DNA of 64,000 nt, taken from contig OZ024741.1 of NCBI GenBank assembly GCA_964016885.1, positions 379,688,001 to 379,752,000 of the forward strand, written 5' to 3'. Below, piece after piece: positions 41,378-54,399 of the stretch. This DNA is from Eledone cirrhosa (Eukaryota). The notes beneath the pieces are model-generated. The model did not search any database. It was not told the origin of the DNA and saw nothing but the letters and a program-made list of their open reading frames with translations. The translations under genes and the position numbers were made by a program. Positions within the stretch are counted from its first letter, which is position 1. Each line of letters opens with the position of its first letter.

Positions 41378-41585
41378 ATAAATATATATATATATATATA
41401 TATTTAGTGATTGGAATTTTACCTTCCCTTCGGATTTTCATTTTGATACATATACTCCGTTTTACATCATCTAGTTGTTTCCTTGAATGGAATTGGAGAC
41501 ATACAAAAGCGTGGAGAACTTAATATTGCTAACATAAAGTTAGTGGACCATTTTACACAACCAATAATGCACCCTACTATATAAA

Positions 41586-41623
<38 letters not shown>

Positions 41624-41884
41624 TATGACTGAGTTGTTTGGATATTAAGCCAAGTGAGTATAACGACCCCGGGATTCTTGCTCTTGTTTTGGCATAAAAA
41701 CAGAACGGCAGACACTAATGTTTATGGGTGATTACGCTTCATCAGTACCAACTGTCACAGTTAGTGAGAATATATGATATTTTGGGAATGCACAGTGAAT
41801 GATCGGTCCATATAAGGAGACTGACTGCTCAGCCAGATTTTTATATCAGCAGATAAGCCATGTAGACCTATAAAACTGTTTCTT

Positions 41885-41956
<72 letters not shown>

Positions 41957-41961
<5 letters not shown>

Positions 41962-44315
41962 TAACAGATTAAAGTTTAAGCAAAGAATCGCTGCTTTCAC
42001 CCGTAACGGGATCTTCTGAAACTAACAAAGTCAATCTGTGAACGCAGAAGTGAATATTTCAAAAAACATTGCAACCGGAGGAAGACAGGAAGACGATACT
42101 TTGGTTCGTGGAAACGTTCCCTGGCAATGAACGAAAAAAAAAAACGAAAATAATACGTCATAATAGAAAGCCGAATGATAAGCTTAATTACATAAGTAAG
42201 CATTCTAACCATCCTGCCAGCATAACCAAGTAAGGTAAGAAACGTTTCTTTGAGGCTTTCCCATCTATCTACTAACGATCATATTTTAAACGACCATTCC
42301 ACATATTACAATGAAGCTCTTGCTCGGAGTGGATTTGTCGATAAAGTAGCATATACAGAGTACGAGAATAGATCCCGCGCATTATATGGTATAACCCACC
42401 ATATAATATGGAGGTGGCCACACCATTAGCTAAGATCGTTCTATCCCTTATTATGAGGCATTTTCTCCCAATACATAAATATAGTAACAATTTTAATAGA
42501 AATACTATTAACATTTCTTACTCTACGACTCCTAACCTTGCTCATAACATCACAGCTTCAAATTTAGTTAAACTACCTAGCCGTAGGAACACGTGCTATC
42601 CTGGAGTTAGTACTAACTATAATTGTAGGAATCGGGTTAACTGCCCCCTATCCGGCAGATGCCTCTCTAGTAACATTGTCTACAATGTAAGGTTGAAACA
42701 CCCACGTCCCGTAGTGCCTACATAGAGTTAACCGCAAATAGATTCAAGCAGCGTCTTTACATGCATACCCATTCTTTTCGTTACCCTTAAAGAAGGAACA
42801 TAACGTCACTTTCAGTTTACATCTTGAGCCTAAAAGAGAACCACACCCAATATAAGTTACACTGGGAGAGCCTAGCTAGGGCTAGTTCGTATAACGGAAA
42901 TAAAATACCATGTGACCTCTGCGCTGCTGGGGTCCTGGAAATACTCTACGCCAAAGACCACATCTTCAACAAAAAAACTGAGGCAATTTCGACTTGTAAA
43001 CATAAATTGCACAAAACTTTCCTGTATTACAGCCCCACATTATACCCTAACAGATAGTACGAACTATACGCGGATATTTTACGTCTTGATGTGGTAGCTA
43101 AATATATGTTATGTTTATACCATTACTTATTTGTATAGGTAAGTATATATTACCTGTATGTTTTGTGAAGTAGGTATACTTTCTCGTACGTATATTTGAT
43201 TGTATATGTTATGTCGTATATATTATATAATCTGGTACATATTCTTTTGGTTATGTATATACTTGAGATTTGCGTCTGTGTGACTATGCGGGTTCGTACG
43301 TATGTAGGATGTATGAATATATGTACTTTCTGATTTGGTTGACGTAGTCTCCGAAGATATGTGTGTTTGCATGTAGATATGTGTGTGCGCTTGTTATATA
43401 CGTATTTATTTATTTATATACGTTTATTTAATTATATGTATACACGCATATATGTATACACATATATATATATATATTTTTTTTTTTTTTTATGGCGCAT
43501 GTCTCTCAGACATGACAACTCTTAATTTTAATACCGGATATATATTTTTTATGTGTATTTTGTGTATACATTCGTATGCGTGCGGGTACTGGCGTTGCGT
43601 GGTTTCTGTATGTGCCTGCGGGTTTTTATGTATTTTTCTTTGTGTACGTGCGTGTGTTTGTATACCTATGGCGAATGTTTTCGCGTATGCTTGTGTATGT
43701 AAGTATATGGATGCGTGTATGCATTTATTTAAATTTACCTCTGTATTTTATTTAATTTATTCCTAACTCTGAAGCCTTGAATCATTCGGTTTCCTAGTTA
43801 GAATTTTAGTCTACGACTTCAGTTATACCATTTACGTGGTTTTGTCCTTGCGTGCAATTGTTCTCCGCGCTCCACATAAGACGTATTATCTTCGTTTTTT
43901 TCCATTCACTGCCAGAGAACGTCTCTATGAACCACCTAATAGAATATTAGTCTACGACTTTTTTATACCATAAACATGGTTTTGTCTTGCGTGTAATTGT
44001 TTTTCACCGCTCCAAATAATGACGTATTATATTCGTTTTTTCCCGGTCTTTGCCAGGGAACTTTCCACGAACCAAAGTATCGTCTTCCTGTCTTCCTCCG
44101 GTTTCAACGTTTTTTGAAATATTCACTTCTGCGTTCACATATTGACTTTGTTAGTTCCAGAAGATCCCGTTAAGGGTGAAAGCAGCGATTCTTTGCTTAA
44201 ACCTTATTCTGTTATTTTAATAAATATTTTCTCTACGGTTCTTATATATTTGATATATATTTATCCGTATCGAGCCCTATTTGGATTTTAGTCTTCAAAT
44301 TTATTATTATTACTA
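41957..44315 (+). mobile_element. 5'-truncated copy of the 826-3150 PLE family with inverted 5' pseudo-LTR
   Basis: 41957-42165 is inverted relative to 44015-44225. Coding 42180-43057 (HSNHP, WYNPPY, CDLC) closely matches 2340-3018. Flanked by (TA)n. Confidence 0.88.
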
Positions 44316-44639
44316 TCTATATATATATATATATATGAAAACAGGGAGAAAGAGACGATTATTAGGAAGACAAATATTTGTTTTCCCTTTTTTTATTTCT
44401 CTCTCTCTCTCTTTTCTGGGTTAGAACATGTTTAATACGAAATGAGTGGGTATTATATATATATATATATATATAATATCCACTCTACTACCAAAGAATC
44501 AAGTACTCAGGTGCGTTATGGTCCACCTGGTTGCTTACCACACTTCCTCCGTTATATATATATGAACAATACTCTACTTCTATTTCAAGTGCGATATTAA
44601 TAAGAGTTTGTGCATTTACATGTGTGTGGGGTTTTTATT

Positions 44640-45414
44640 TTGTCATTTCATGAATTATATATATAATTTGCACAATTGTCTCCAATTCTGAAACGCGAAA
44701 TATAAGACTTCAAGAATTAAAGGAAATTCTTCTCGAATGAGAGTACCCACCTTTACTAATAAATAATGGAATAGAAAGGGCTATAGCAATAGACATTGAT
44801 GAATTACGAAAACAGAAACAAATTCAAGGTACGTCCAATATTCTATCATATATCTCAACACACAACCCAAGAAATGCGGAAGCTTACAACACTATTCACA
44901 AGAACATCCCCCTACCAAAACAAGACCCAAGAATGAAAAAAGCACTTGAAACACACAAAATAATCAAAAGCAAAAGACAACCGAAATCACTGAAAACATT
45001 ACTCACCAATGCCAAATTACCTACCACAAAACCACAACCAACTGCACTCACCTCATTGAAGGCAACACGTATAAATTTAAATCAGGACTAAATGTTGCTG
45101 TAAAAAATCACTTCACTTGCTCATCAAAAAATTTACTTTATGCCATTAAATGTAAAGGATGCAATGAAGATTATATAGGACAAACTAAACTCACACTCAG
45201 AAACAGAATTACAATTCTTCGCCAACAATTACGAGATCCAACCACGAGACAGATACCACTAAGCGCCAATCTAGACATATGCGCAAGTAATAGGACACCC
45301 AAATTCCAAGTCTTCCCATTTTACTTTTGCGCTGACAATACAACAGAACAAATATGAATAAATAAGGAAAATATGTTTATTCAAATATATAGACCAGCAT
45401 TAAATATGGTTTAA
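44640..45414 (+). pseudogene. Neptune-type PLE 3' fragment (thumb/linker/GIY-YIG)
   Basis: INNGIERA, YISTHNPRN, KSKRQPKSLK, FTCSSKNLLYAIKCKGCNEDYIGQT. Homologous to 48344-49627. Confidence 0.8.
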
Positions 45415-45604
45415 TATACATTATGTCAACACCATAACATGCTAACCATACAAACAGACACATACACACACACATAACACCTGCTACTTTAGAAAATAAA
45501 AACCTGAACTAAATAAACCTTAACATACGTTTGCGCTGACAATACAACAGAACAAATACGAATAAGTAAGGAAAATATGTTCATTCCAAAATATTCTTAC
45601 TAAC

Positions 45605-45910
45605 GGAATCATTTTCCTACACACACACACACACAATATATATATATTCTCTTCATCTTAACGTGTTAACCATACTCCCACACATACATAACACCCATAC
45701 ACACACATAATAACACCCATCCCCACCCCCACACAACTCCCTCCCCCATTTCTACTAATAGAATCACTTTCCTACACATATATACACACACACAAAATAT
45801 ATATATTCTCTCCATTTTAACACACACACATAACACCCATATACACACACACACAACTTCCTCCCCCATTTCTACTAATAGAATCATCTTTCTATACACA
45901 CACACACACA
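45605..45910. repeat. Imperfect tandem repeat (~110-150 bp, 2-3 copies)
   Basis: Recurring gaatca..tcctacaca..tatattctc..taacacccat..ctcccccatttctactaata. Confidence 0.7.
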
Positions 45911-46613
45911 CGCGCACAACCACACAAATAAACATACATATCTTTACTTTCTTTATTTCAATAGAAAATCTGAATTCTGACACCCCAGCGAACTATCCAT
46001 ATTCACTGAACCAGAACAATTCTCCCATCCCATTTCTCTTGACCACTATCTTTTGCTTGTCATAACATTCTCTAAAAAGGCTACAGAATAAATTTCCAAT
46101 TACGGGCGCGAAATTTAATTAAACATTGTTCACCTGACAGCCATCATTTCATTTATAACCAATCAAATTACGTTTATTAAAAAAAAAAGGCTTCGTGAAC
46201 CACACTTTTTTAAGTAAAAATAAATTCAAACATTCATATATGAAAAAACAACCTGAGCACCCACCGCCCTTGTTTGAAGAACTTTGTAACGCGAACTGGC
46301 GCAAAATGTATTATAATTATTGACCAACCAATCAAATTACTTCTCTAAAAACCTGGCGTTTGGAGCCACTTTTTTCCATATAAAGCAAGTAACATTCAAA
46401 GACCAACCAGATATGAGAAAAACCACGACCCTCCATCTCAACTCTACTTTTGAAAAGCAGAAGAACTGCGAAAACAGTAAAGGAACCAAATAAATATATA
46501 TATATTTTTTTAAATAAGACTCCAGTTGCATTTTCGATTTCATCTTTTTTTCTTTATACTTTCAATCGTGTAGGACACATCGGTTATTTTTCATTTTGTA
46601 AAAAAAACCTCAC

Positions 46614-46680
<67 letters not shown>

Positions 46681-46986
46681 TTCGGAGTGTTGCACATGGT
46701 GAGACGTAATGTGACATGTGCCTTACATGGGAAGTATGTGATAATTGGTGAAGGAATGAATTTATTATATATATATAGATATGCTACTGTTTGCCCAAAT
46801 ATAATGATGATATGAAGCGACTATTTTGATACTTCCTACCTGCTTAAGCATTTGAATTCATGAACGAAACACAATTATATATCTGTCAGAATTTCTTAAA
46901 CAAATATCATTCATTCTACTTTGATATTATTGAATGATATCTTTATTATTATGTGAGGTACCTTACTGCAATGATAATTATATGTA

Positions 46987-47123
<137 letters not shown>

Positions 47124-47630
47124 TTGAGGTTGGTAATGGCACATGGAATATATAAGAGACAGAATACTTTTTTGTGAAAAAACATATAATTTTATAAGGT
47201 AAGGAAATAATAAAGGGTATAAAAAATGACCGGTTTCGATGGGTCTGCAAAAGCCATCTTTTCAAATGCTGATTAATATTAAGAAAAATTAATAATACGA
47301 AGAGTTAACATTTGAGATTTGAAAATTCAAGTATAACATTCATTGTGGGATTTCATAGTAGTTTTCATCTTGGTAGCAACAAGTTGACTGGTGTGTGCCT
47401 TTCTGGTAGTGAATGAGAAGTTATTTGGGGGTGTGGGTTATTTCATGATGGTCAGATTTAGCAATGGCCAGCTGGCCAGCTGCTGGTCAGTGAGGGGTTG
47501 GAAGCAATATACATACATATATCTTCCTGTGGTCGGTAGGAGAGGGGAGCGTGATAGAAAGGGATTTAGTGCACTTACACCTATATATACACACATACCT
47601 TCATCCACACATACATACATATACATACAC

Positions 47631-47671
<41 letters not shown>

Positions 47672-47758
47672 CACACATACATACACACACACATACATAT
47701 ACATACACACATACACACACACACACATATATATACATACACATACATCCAGATACAC

Positions 47759-47799
<41 letters not shown>

Positions 47800-48343
47800 C
47801 ACATACACACACATATATATACACACACACACATATATATATATATACACATACGCATACATCCAGATACACACATACATACACACAGAAACACACACGC
47901 ACACACAATACATACATCCACATGCACACATATACACACACACACACATATACACTTACATGCACCCACACACAGAGAAATGGCCTCCAAATATATATAT
48001 ATATACATACATACACATATTTTTTCCATAATATAAGAAGTTAGGACAGTGAAATTAAAATACAAGTCATTCTGATCACATTGAGTTCTTCATGTAGATT
48101 GGGCCCCGCAACCGACAGTGGTGAATTCTGTGTGCGCATATATATATAGATATATGTGTGTGCACGTGCAGGGTTTAAAATGGATGTGTTGTTCACACAA
48201 AGGCATGGTCTGTCAACGAATAAACCTGATTCTACAGAATTGGTCTCTAGTCTTTAATAGTAGTGATAATTATATACATGCACACATACAAACACATATA
48301 TCTGTCACTCCGTGCGTATGTGTGTTTATATTTTATGACAATT

Positions 48344-49627
48344 CTATTGGGGTGATAACCTGTTTAGTTTTGGTTTAAATTTGTTAAGGAATAGATTTTC
48401 TTTGTTTATTCTTCGTTGCTGTGTGAACGAATCTGAGCACTTGTAGAAGGGGAAGATTTTAAAGTTGGGTAGTGTCATTCCTGCGCAGTTCGCAATATGG
48501 CTGCTCAAGGGGATTTTTCTTGTGTTAGCGTCCCGGATTTGTTGGCGGTGGATGGTCATTTCTTTGCGTAATGAGGTGCCCGTCTGTCCTATGTAGTTGT
48601 GTTTGCACCCACCGCAAGTTATTGCGTAAATCAAGTTCTCCGAGTTGCAGGTGAAATTGTTTTTTACTGTAAATGTTTGGCCATCTTTGAATGTAAATGT
48701 TTGTCCTTCAGTGAGGTAGAGGCACGTTCCACAGTTTGTTCTACCACATTTGGTAACTGTAGGGTTGAGGATTGGTTTGGGTATATTTGGTCCAGTGAGA
48801 ATGCGTTTTAGTGATTTGGGTTGTCTTTTACTTTTAAGGATCTTGTGTGTTTCAAGAATAGACTTCATTTTTACATCTTTAAGTAGGACGGGGAGGTTTT
48901 TGTGTAGGTGATCAAACATTTCGGTATTTCTGGGGTTGAAAGTGGATACATATGGCAGGGTGTTGAGTGTGGTTTTCTGTTTTGGATTGTTAAGTTGATG
49001 GGGATTTAGGTGTTTTGCCATGTCTATTCCATTGTTGATTATTTCAAGTGGAAAGGCTCTTAAGATAAGGGTGTCTTTTAGTTCCTTTAGTCTTCGCTCC
49101 CGTTTAGGTGGATCTAATACTATGGTACATATACGTTTGGCCAAATTGTAAGGAATGTTAAGTTTTGTATGTGTTGGGTGACTTGTGAAAAAGAGGTATT
49201 GATTGGAATCTGTGGGTTTATAGAATATATCTGTATCTAATTTCCCGTCTATTAAAGAGATGAGAATATCCAAGAAGGCTAATTCCTTGGGATTGGATTC
49301 CATTGTGAATTGTATGTTATTATCTATGTTGTTTATCATGTTTTTGAACGTAGTAAGTGAGTTCATGTCTTCTTGCCATAGGATAAAGCAGTCGTCTAGA
49401 TATCTTTTCCAATTGGCTTTGAGGTGTGTGTGGAAAGAGTCTCCAAATAAGAGAAGGGACTGACTATATATTTGTTGTTCATGGAATCCCATGACTAGGT
49501 TGGCATATGTGGGTGCTACTTTCGTGCCCGTTGCCGTACCTGATACTTGTCTGTATGTTGAACCATTGAATGGGAAGTAGTTATTTTGTAGGATAAAGCG
49601 GAGTCCGTCAGTGATAAAATCTGACAT
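48344..49627 (-). CDS. PLE RT C-terminal half + Cys linker + GIY-YIG endonuclease (5'-truncated, open 427 aa)
   Basis: GTATGTKVAPTYANL, WKRYLDDCF, IQFTME, LAFLD, FYKPTDS, CGRTNCGTC, LIYAITCGGCKHNYIGQT, KFKPKLN. Confidence 0.9.
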   Translation of the reverse strand: MSDFITDGLRFILQNNYFPFNGSTYRQVSGTATGTKVAPTYANLVMGFHEQQIYSQSLLLFGDSFHTHLKANWKRYLDDCFILWQEDMNSLTTFKNMINNIDNNIQFTMESNPKELAFLDILISLIDGKLDTDIFYKPTDSNQYLFFTSHPTHTKLNIPYNLAKRICTIVLDPPKRERRLKELKDTLILRAFPLEIINNGIDMAKHLNPHQLNNPKQKTTLNTLPYVSTFNPRNTEMFDHLHKNLPVLLKDVKMKSILETHKILKSKRQPKSLKRILTGPNIPKPILNPTVTKCGRTNCGTCLYLTEGQTFTFKDGQTFTVKNNFTCNSENLIYAITCGGCKHNYIGQTGTSLRKEMTIHRQQIRDANTRKIPLSSHIANCAGMTLPNFKIFPFYKCSDSFTQQRRINKENLFLNKFKPKLNRLSPQ

Positions 49628-49803
49628 TTATAAAATGACCCACACCCCCAAATAACTTCTCATTCACTACCAGAAAGGCACACAGCAGTCAACTTGTTGC
49701 TACCAAGATGAAAACTACTATGAAATCCCACAATGAATTTTATACTTGAATTTTCAAATCTCAAATTTTAACTCTTCGTATTATTAATTTTTCTTAATAT
49801 TAA

Positions 49804-49855
49804 TCAACATTTGAAAAGATGGCTTTTGCAGACCCATCGAAACCGGTCATTTTTT
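49804..49855 (+). ncRNA. Hammerhead-like motif with U3:A8 core (mirror copy 47222-47272 on minus)
   Basis: at-TTGAAAA-gatgg(11 nt)ccatc-GAAA-ccgg-TC-at. Stem III is palindromic; stem I is weak. Confidence 0.5.
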
Positions 49856-50308
49856 ATACCCTTTATTATTTCCTTACCTTATAAAATTATATGTTTTTTC
49901 ACAAAAAAGTATTCTGTCTCTTATATATTCCATGTGCCATTACCAACCTCAATTTTCTCTATAACCTTCGTTTTGTGTAGAAAATTACACTTTTCATATA
50001 TATATATATATATATAAAAACAAATAACGAAACGAAATTAAATCTCGTTTCGTTTGTAACTCACTTTTGTATGACTGACGCTTAAACAATTAAGTTAAAA
50101 ATGTACATCCACATATGTATACTGAAATACTAGTATGCATATGAATACACACACGTATACATATGTAGATGTACCGAGTTTTTCACTGGTCACTTTACTG
50201 TGAGTGTCCAGCTATTCTGTACGTAAACACACAGACAAACCGGTTTTTAGAGTCATACTGGTTTTTGAGGAAACACCTTTCCTCTATTCTCCAGAAAGCC
50301 AGACAAGG

Positions 50309-50353
50309 AATATTGAACTAGTTTCGATGTTGTTACATCTCATCAGCAATATT
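50309..50353 (-). ncRNA. Minimal type I hammerhead ribozyme, unit 1
   Basis: aatattg-CTGATGA-gatgt(aaca)acatc-GAAA-ctag-TT-caatatt. Canonical core, 7-bp stem I, 5-bp stem II. Confidence 0.88.
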
Positions 50354-50774
50354 TACCTATCTTCCGGCCTTTCTAGAGAATCGTAAAAGCACATATCGTT
50401 ATATGCTTTTTCTATGAAAATTAGTAGTGGGCAGACTAATTTGCATAGAGCGTGAGTACGTACCGGTTCAACGGAGACGATAAAAACAAATAACGAGACG
50501 AAATTAAATTTCGTTTCGTTTGTAACTCACTTTTGTATGACTGACGCTTAAACAATTAAGTTAAAAATGTACATCCACATATGTATACTGAAATACTAGT
50601 ATGCATATGAATACACACACGTATACATATGTAGATGTACCGAGTTTTTCACTGGTCACTTTACTGTGAGTGTCCAGCTATTCTGTATGTAAACACACAG
50701 ACAAACCGGTTTTTAGAGTCATACTGGTTTTTGAGGAAACACCTTTCCTCTATTCTCCAGAAAGCCAGTCAAGG

Positions 50775-50819
50775 AATATTGAACTAGTTTCGATGTTGTT
50801 ACATCTCATCAGCAATATT
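50775..50819 (-). ncRNA. Minimal type I hammerhead ribozyme, unit 2
   Basis: Identical to the unit 1 motif. Confidence 0.88.
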
Positions 50820-51240
50820 TACCTATCTTCCGGCCTTTCTAGAGAATCGTAAAAGCACATATTGTTATATGCTTTTTCTATGAAAATTAATAGTGGGCAG
50901 ACTAATTTGCATAGAGCGTGAGTACGTACCGGTTCAACTGAGACGATAAAAACAAATAACGAAACGAAATTAAATTTCGTTTCGTTTGTAACTCACTTTT
51001 GTATGACTGACGCTTAAACAATTAAGTTAAAAATGTACATCCACATATGTATACTGAAATACTAGTATGCATATGAATACACACACGTATACATATGTAG
51101 ATGTACCGAGTTTTTCACTGGTCACTTTACTGTGAGTGTCCAGCTATTCTGTATGTAAACACACAGACAAACCGGTTTTTAGAGTCATACTGGTTTTTGA
51201 GGAAACACCTTTCCTCTATTCGCCAGAAAGCCAGACAAGG

Positions 51241-51285
51241 AATATTGAACTAGTTTCGATGTTGTTACATCTCATCAGCAATATT
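51241..51285 (-). ncRNA. Minimal type I hammerhead ribozyme, unit 3
   Basis: Identical to the unit 1 motif. Confidence 0.88.
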
Positions 51286-51706
51286 TACCTATCTTCCAGC
51301 CTTTCTAGAGAATCGTAAAAGCACATATCGTTATATGCTTTTTCTATGAAAATTAGTAGTGGGCAGACTAATTTGCATAGAGCGTGAGTACGTACCGGTT
51401 CAACGGAGACGATAAAAACAAATAACAAGACGAAATTAAATTTCGTTTCGTTTGTAACTCACTTTTGTATGACTGACGCTTAAACAATTAAGTTAAAAAT
51501 GTACATCCACATATGTATACTGAAATACTAGTATGCATATGAATACACACACGTATACATATGTAGATGTACCGAGTTTTTCACGGGTCACTTTACTGTG
51601 AGTGTCCAGCTATTCTGTACGTAAACACACAGACAAACCGGTTTTTAGAGTCATACTGGTTTTTGAGGAAACACCTTTCCTCTATTCTCCAGAAAGCCAG
51701 ACAAGG

Positions 51707-51751
51707 AATATTGAACTAGTTTCGATGTTGTTACATCTCATCAGCAATATT
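51707..51751 (-). ncRNA. Minimal type I hammerhead ribozyme, unit 4
   Basis: Identical to the unit 1 motif. Confidence 0.88.
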
Positions 51752-51965
51752 TACCTATCTTCCGGCCTTTCTAGAGAATCGTAAAAGCACATATCGTTAT
51801 ATGCTTTTTCTATGAAAATTAGTAGTGGGCAGACTAATTTGCATAGAGCGTGAGTACGTACCGGTTCAACGGAGACGATAAAAACAAATAACGAAACGAA
51901 ATTAAATTTCGTTTCGTTTGTAACTCACTTTTGTATGACTGACGCTTAAACAATTAAGTAATATA

Positions 51966-52695
<730 letters not shown>

Positions 52696-53059
52696 ACGAA
52701 GAAGTTGTGTTAAGGAACCAGATGGACCATAACGCACCAGGGTAATCAATACTTAGGGTAGTAGAGTGGGTAATAGGAAAATGTATGACCCCGACGGCAG
52801 AGCTCAAGTCGTTTTGACGACTATTTTTTGAGTAAATTTGAATTTTTACCCTGGTAAATGAATAGCCGAACTTTTCAAGAGGTAATACCTTATATGGGAA
52901 GATTGTAGTTGTCAAGCGGATTTGTCAAATTTTCTTGTAAACACAATTAAGTCTAGCATGGCAGTGGGTGGGAGGTTACGGTGGCTGAAATTACCTGTAG
53001 AACAATGAGGATATGGGTGGAGCCTGTCAAGCGTAGAAAGTGAAATTCTAAGGATTGTG

Positions 53060-54257
53060 TATGAAACTAGGCCAGAGGAATTACGCGTAAAAGGATTCTG
53101 GATTAAATAGAAAAGGGACGTTATAGAATAGGTAAATCAATTGAGATTAGGAGATAATAAATAAATAAGATAAAAATAAATAAAAATATAACATTGGATA
53201 GTAAGAAGTGATAAAAAAAACCTGTAGAGTCTAAAACAGCCTCTATATTTAGTTGTGTTTGCGTTTTCGGCCAATGCTATAGAATAGGTTAATAAGTTGA
53301 GAATAGAAGATACTAAATAAATTAAAAAAATGTTAATTATAGAAATGGGTAGTAAAAAGTAATACACAATCACTGGGGTATAAAACAGCTGCAACCCAAA
53401 GCATCGAGTACTCTGGTGCGTTATGGCCACAGGTTCGGGCCATATCTGGGACTTCCAAGATAATAATATAACATACAATCTTACTTGGAGTTACCTGTCC
53501 AGGGCTAACTCCTACACGGGTGAACGCCGTCTGTGTAACTTATGCTCGGAGGAAACATTACAAATGCTGTTTACGAAGGACCAACTCCTAAACAAAACAG
53601 ACGAACTGGTAACTGCACGCAAACACCGATTGCGTAGGACTTACCTCGCCATCAAACCCTCTAATGACCCGGGTGGGTAGACAATAGCTGCAACATCCCA
53701 CTTGCTAAATAAGATAGGGAACCCCAAGCTTAAATAGGTAGATGTACCTCTTTATTTTTCCTTTCTGTTTTCTTCTTGCCTGTGTCTCCTCCTATCACTT
53801 CCTTCCCCTCCCTATCTACTTCCTCTTCCTGTTCCCCCTTTCGTCTATCCCGAGGCAGCCCATCGTGCCTTTGTAGCCTCAGTACCCCCAACCCAGTAAA
53901 TTAAAGTTAGCATTGGCCGAAAACGCAATACAAACTAATTATAGCAGCTGTTTTAGACCCCAGAGATTGTGTATTACGTTTTACTACCCAATTCTATAAT
54001 TTCAAATTTTTTTTATTTATTTAGTATCATCTATTCTATAGCATTGGCCGTAAACGTAACACCAACTAAATATAGCAGCTGTTTTAGACTCTACGGTTTT
54101 TTTTATCACTTCTTACTATCCAGTTTTATATTTTTATATATTTTTCTCTTATTTATTTATTATCTCCTAATCTCACTTAATTTACCTATTCTATAACGTC
54201 CTTTCTCTATTTTCTCCAGAATCATTTTTTGCCTACTTCCCCTGGCCTTGTTTCATA
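53060..54257 (+). mobile_element. Short PLE relic: GIY-YIG C-terminus between inverted arms
   Basis: Arms 53060-53390 and 53940-54257 are inverted. HIWD..YNLTWSYLSRANSY..LCNLCSEE..LLNK..E at 53440-53680. Confidence 0.75.
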
Positions 54258-54399
54258 TCAACAACAACGACAAAAACAATAACTTGAACAAGAGTTAAAA
54301 TATGAACCACAACATCACCGATAACAATTTAAACACAACAGCATTATGAACAATAACAACTAATATTTTGCTGTTGGTGTTTATAAAGATATTACTTTT

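Larger units (their letters stand above)
50015..51959 (-). repeat. 466-bp tandem array (4 units + 81-bp partial), HHR-bearing; retrozyme-like
   Basis: Units start at 50015, 50481, 50947, 51413 and 51879, with only scattered substitutions. (TA)n on both sides; one HHR per unit. Confidence 0.92.

Noticed and set aside
50204-51784. Four repeated 60-aa ORFs in the 466-bp array
   Set aside because: They start at GTG, show no recognisable motif and lie antisense to the ribozyme; repetition follows from the array.
50015-51959. CRISPR array or rDNA/snRNA gene cluster
   Set aside because: Whole units repeat with no unique spacers, and no 5S, tRNA or snRNA sequence was recognised.
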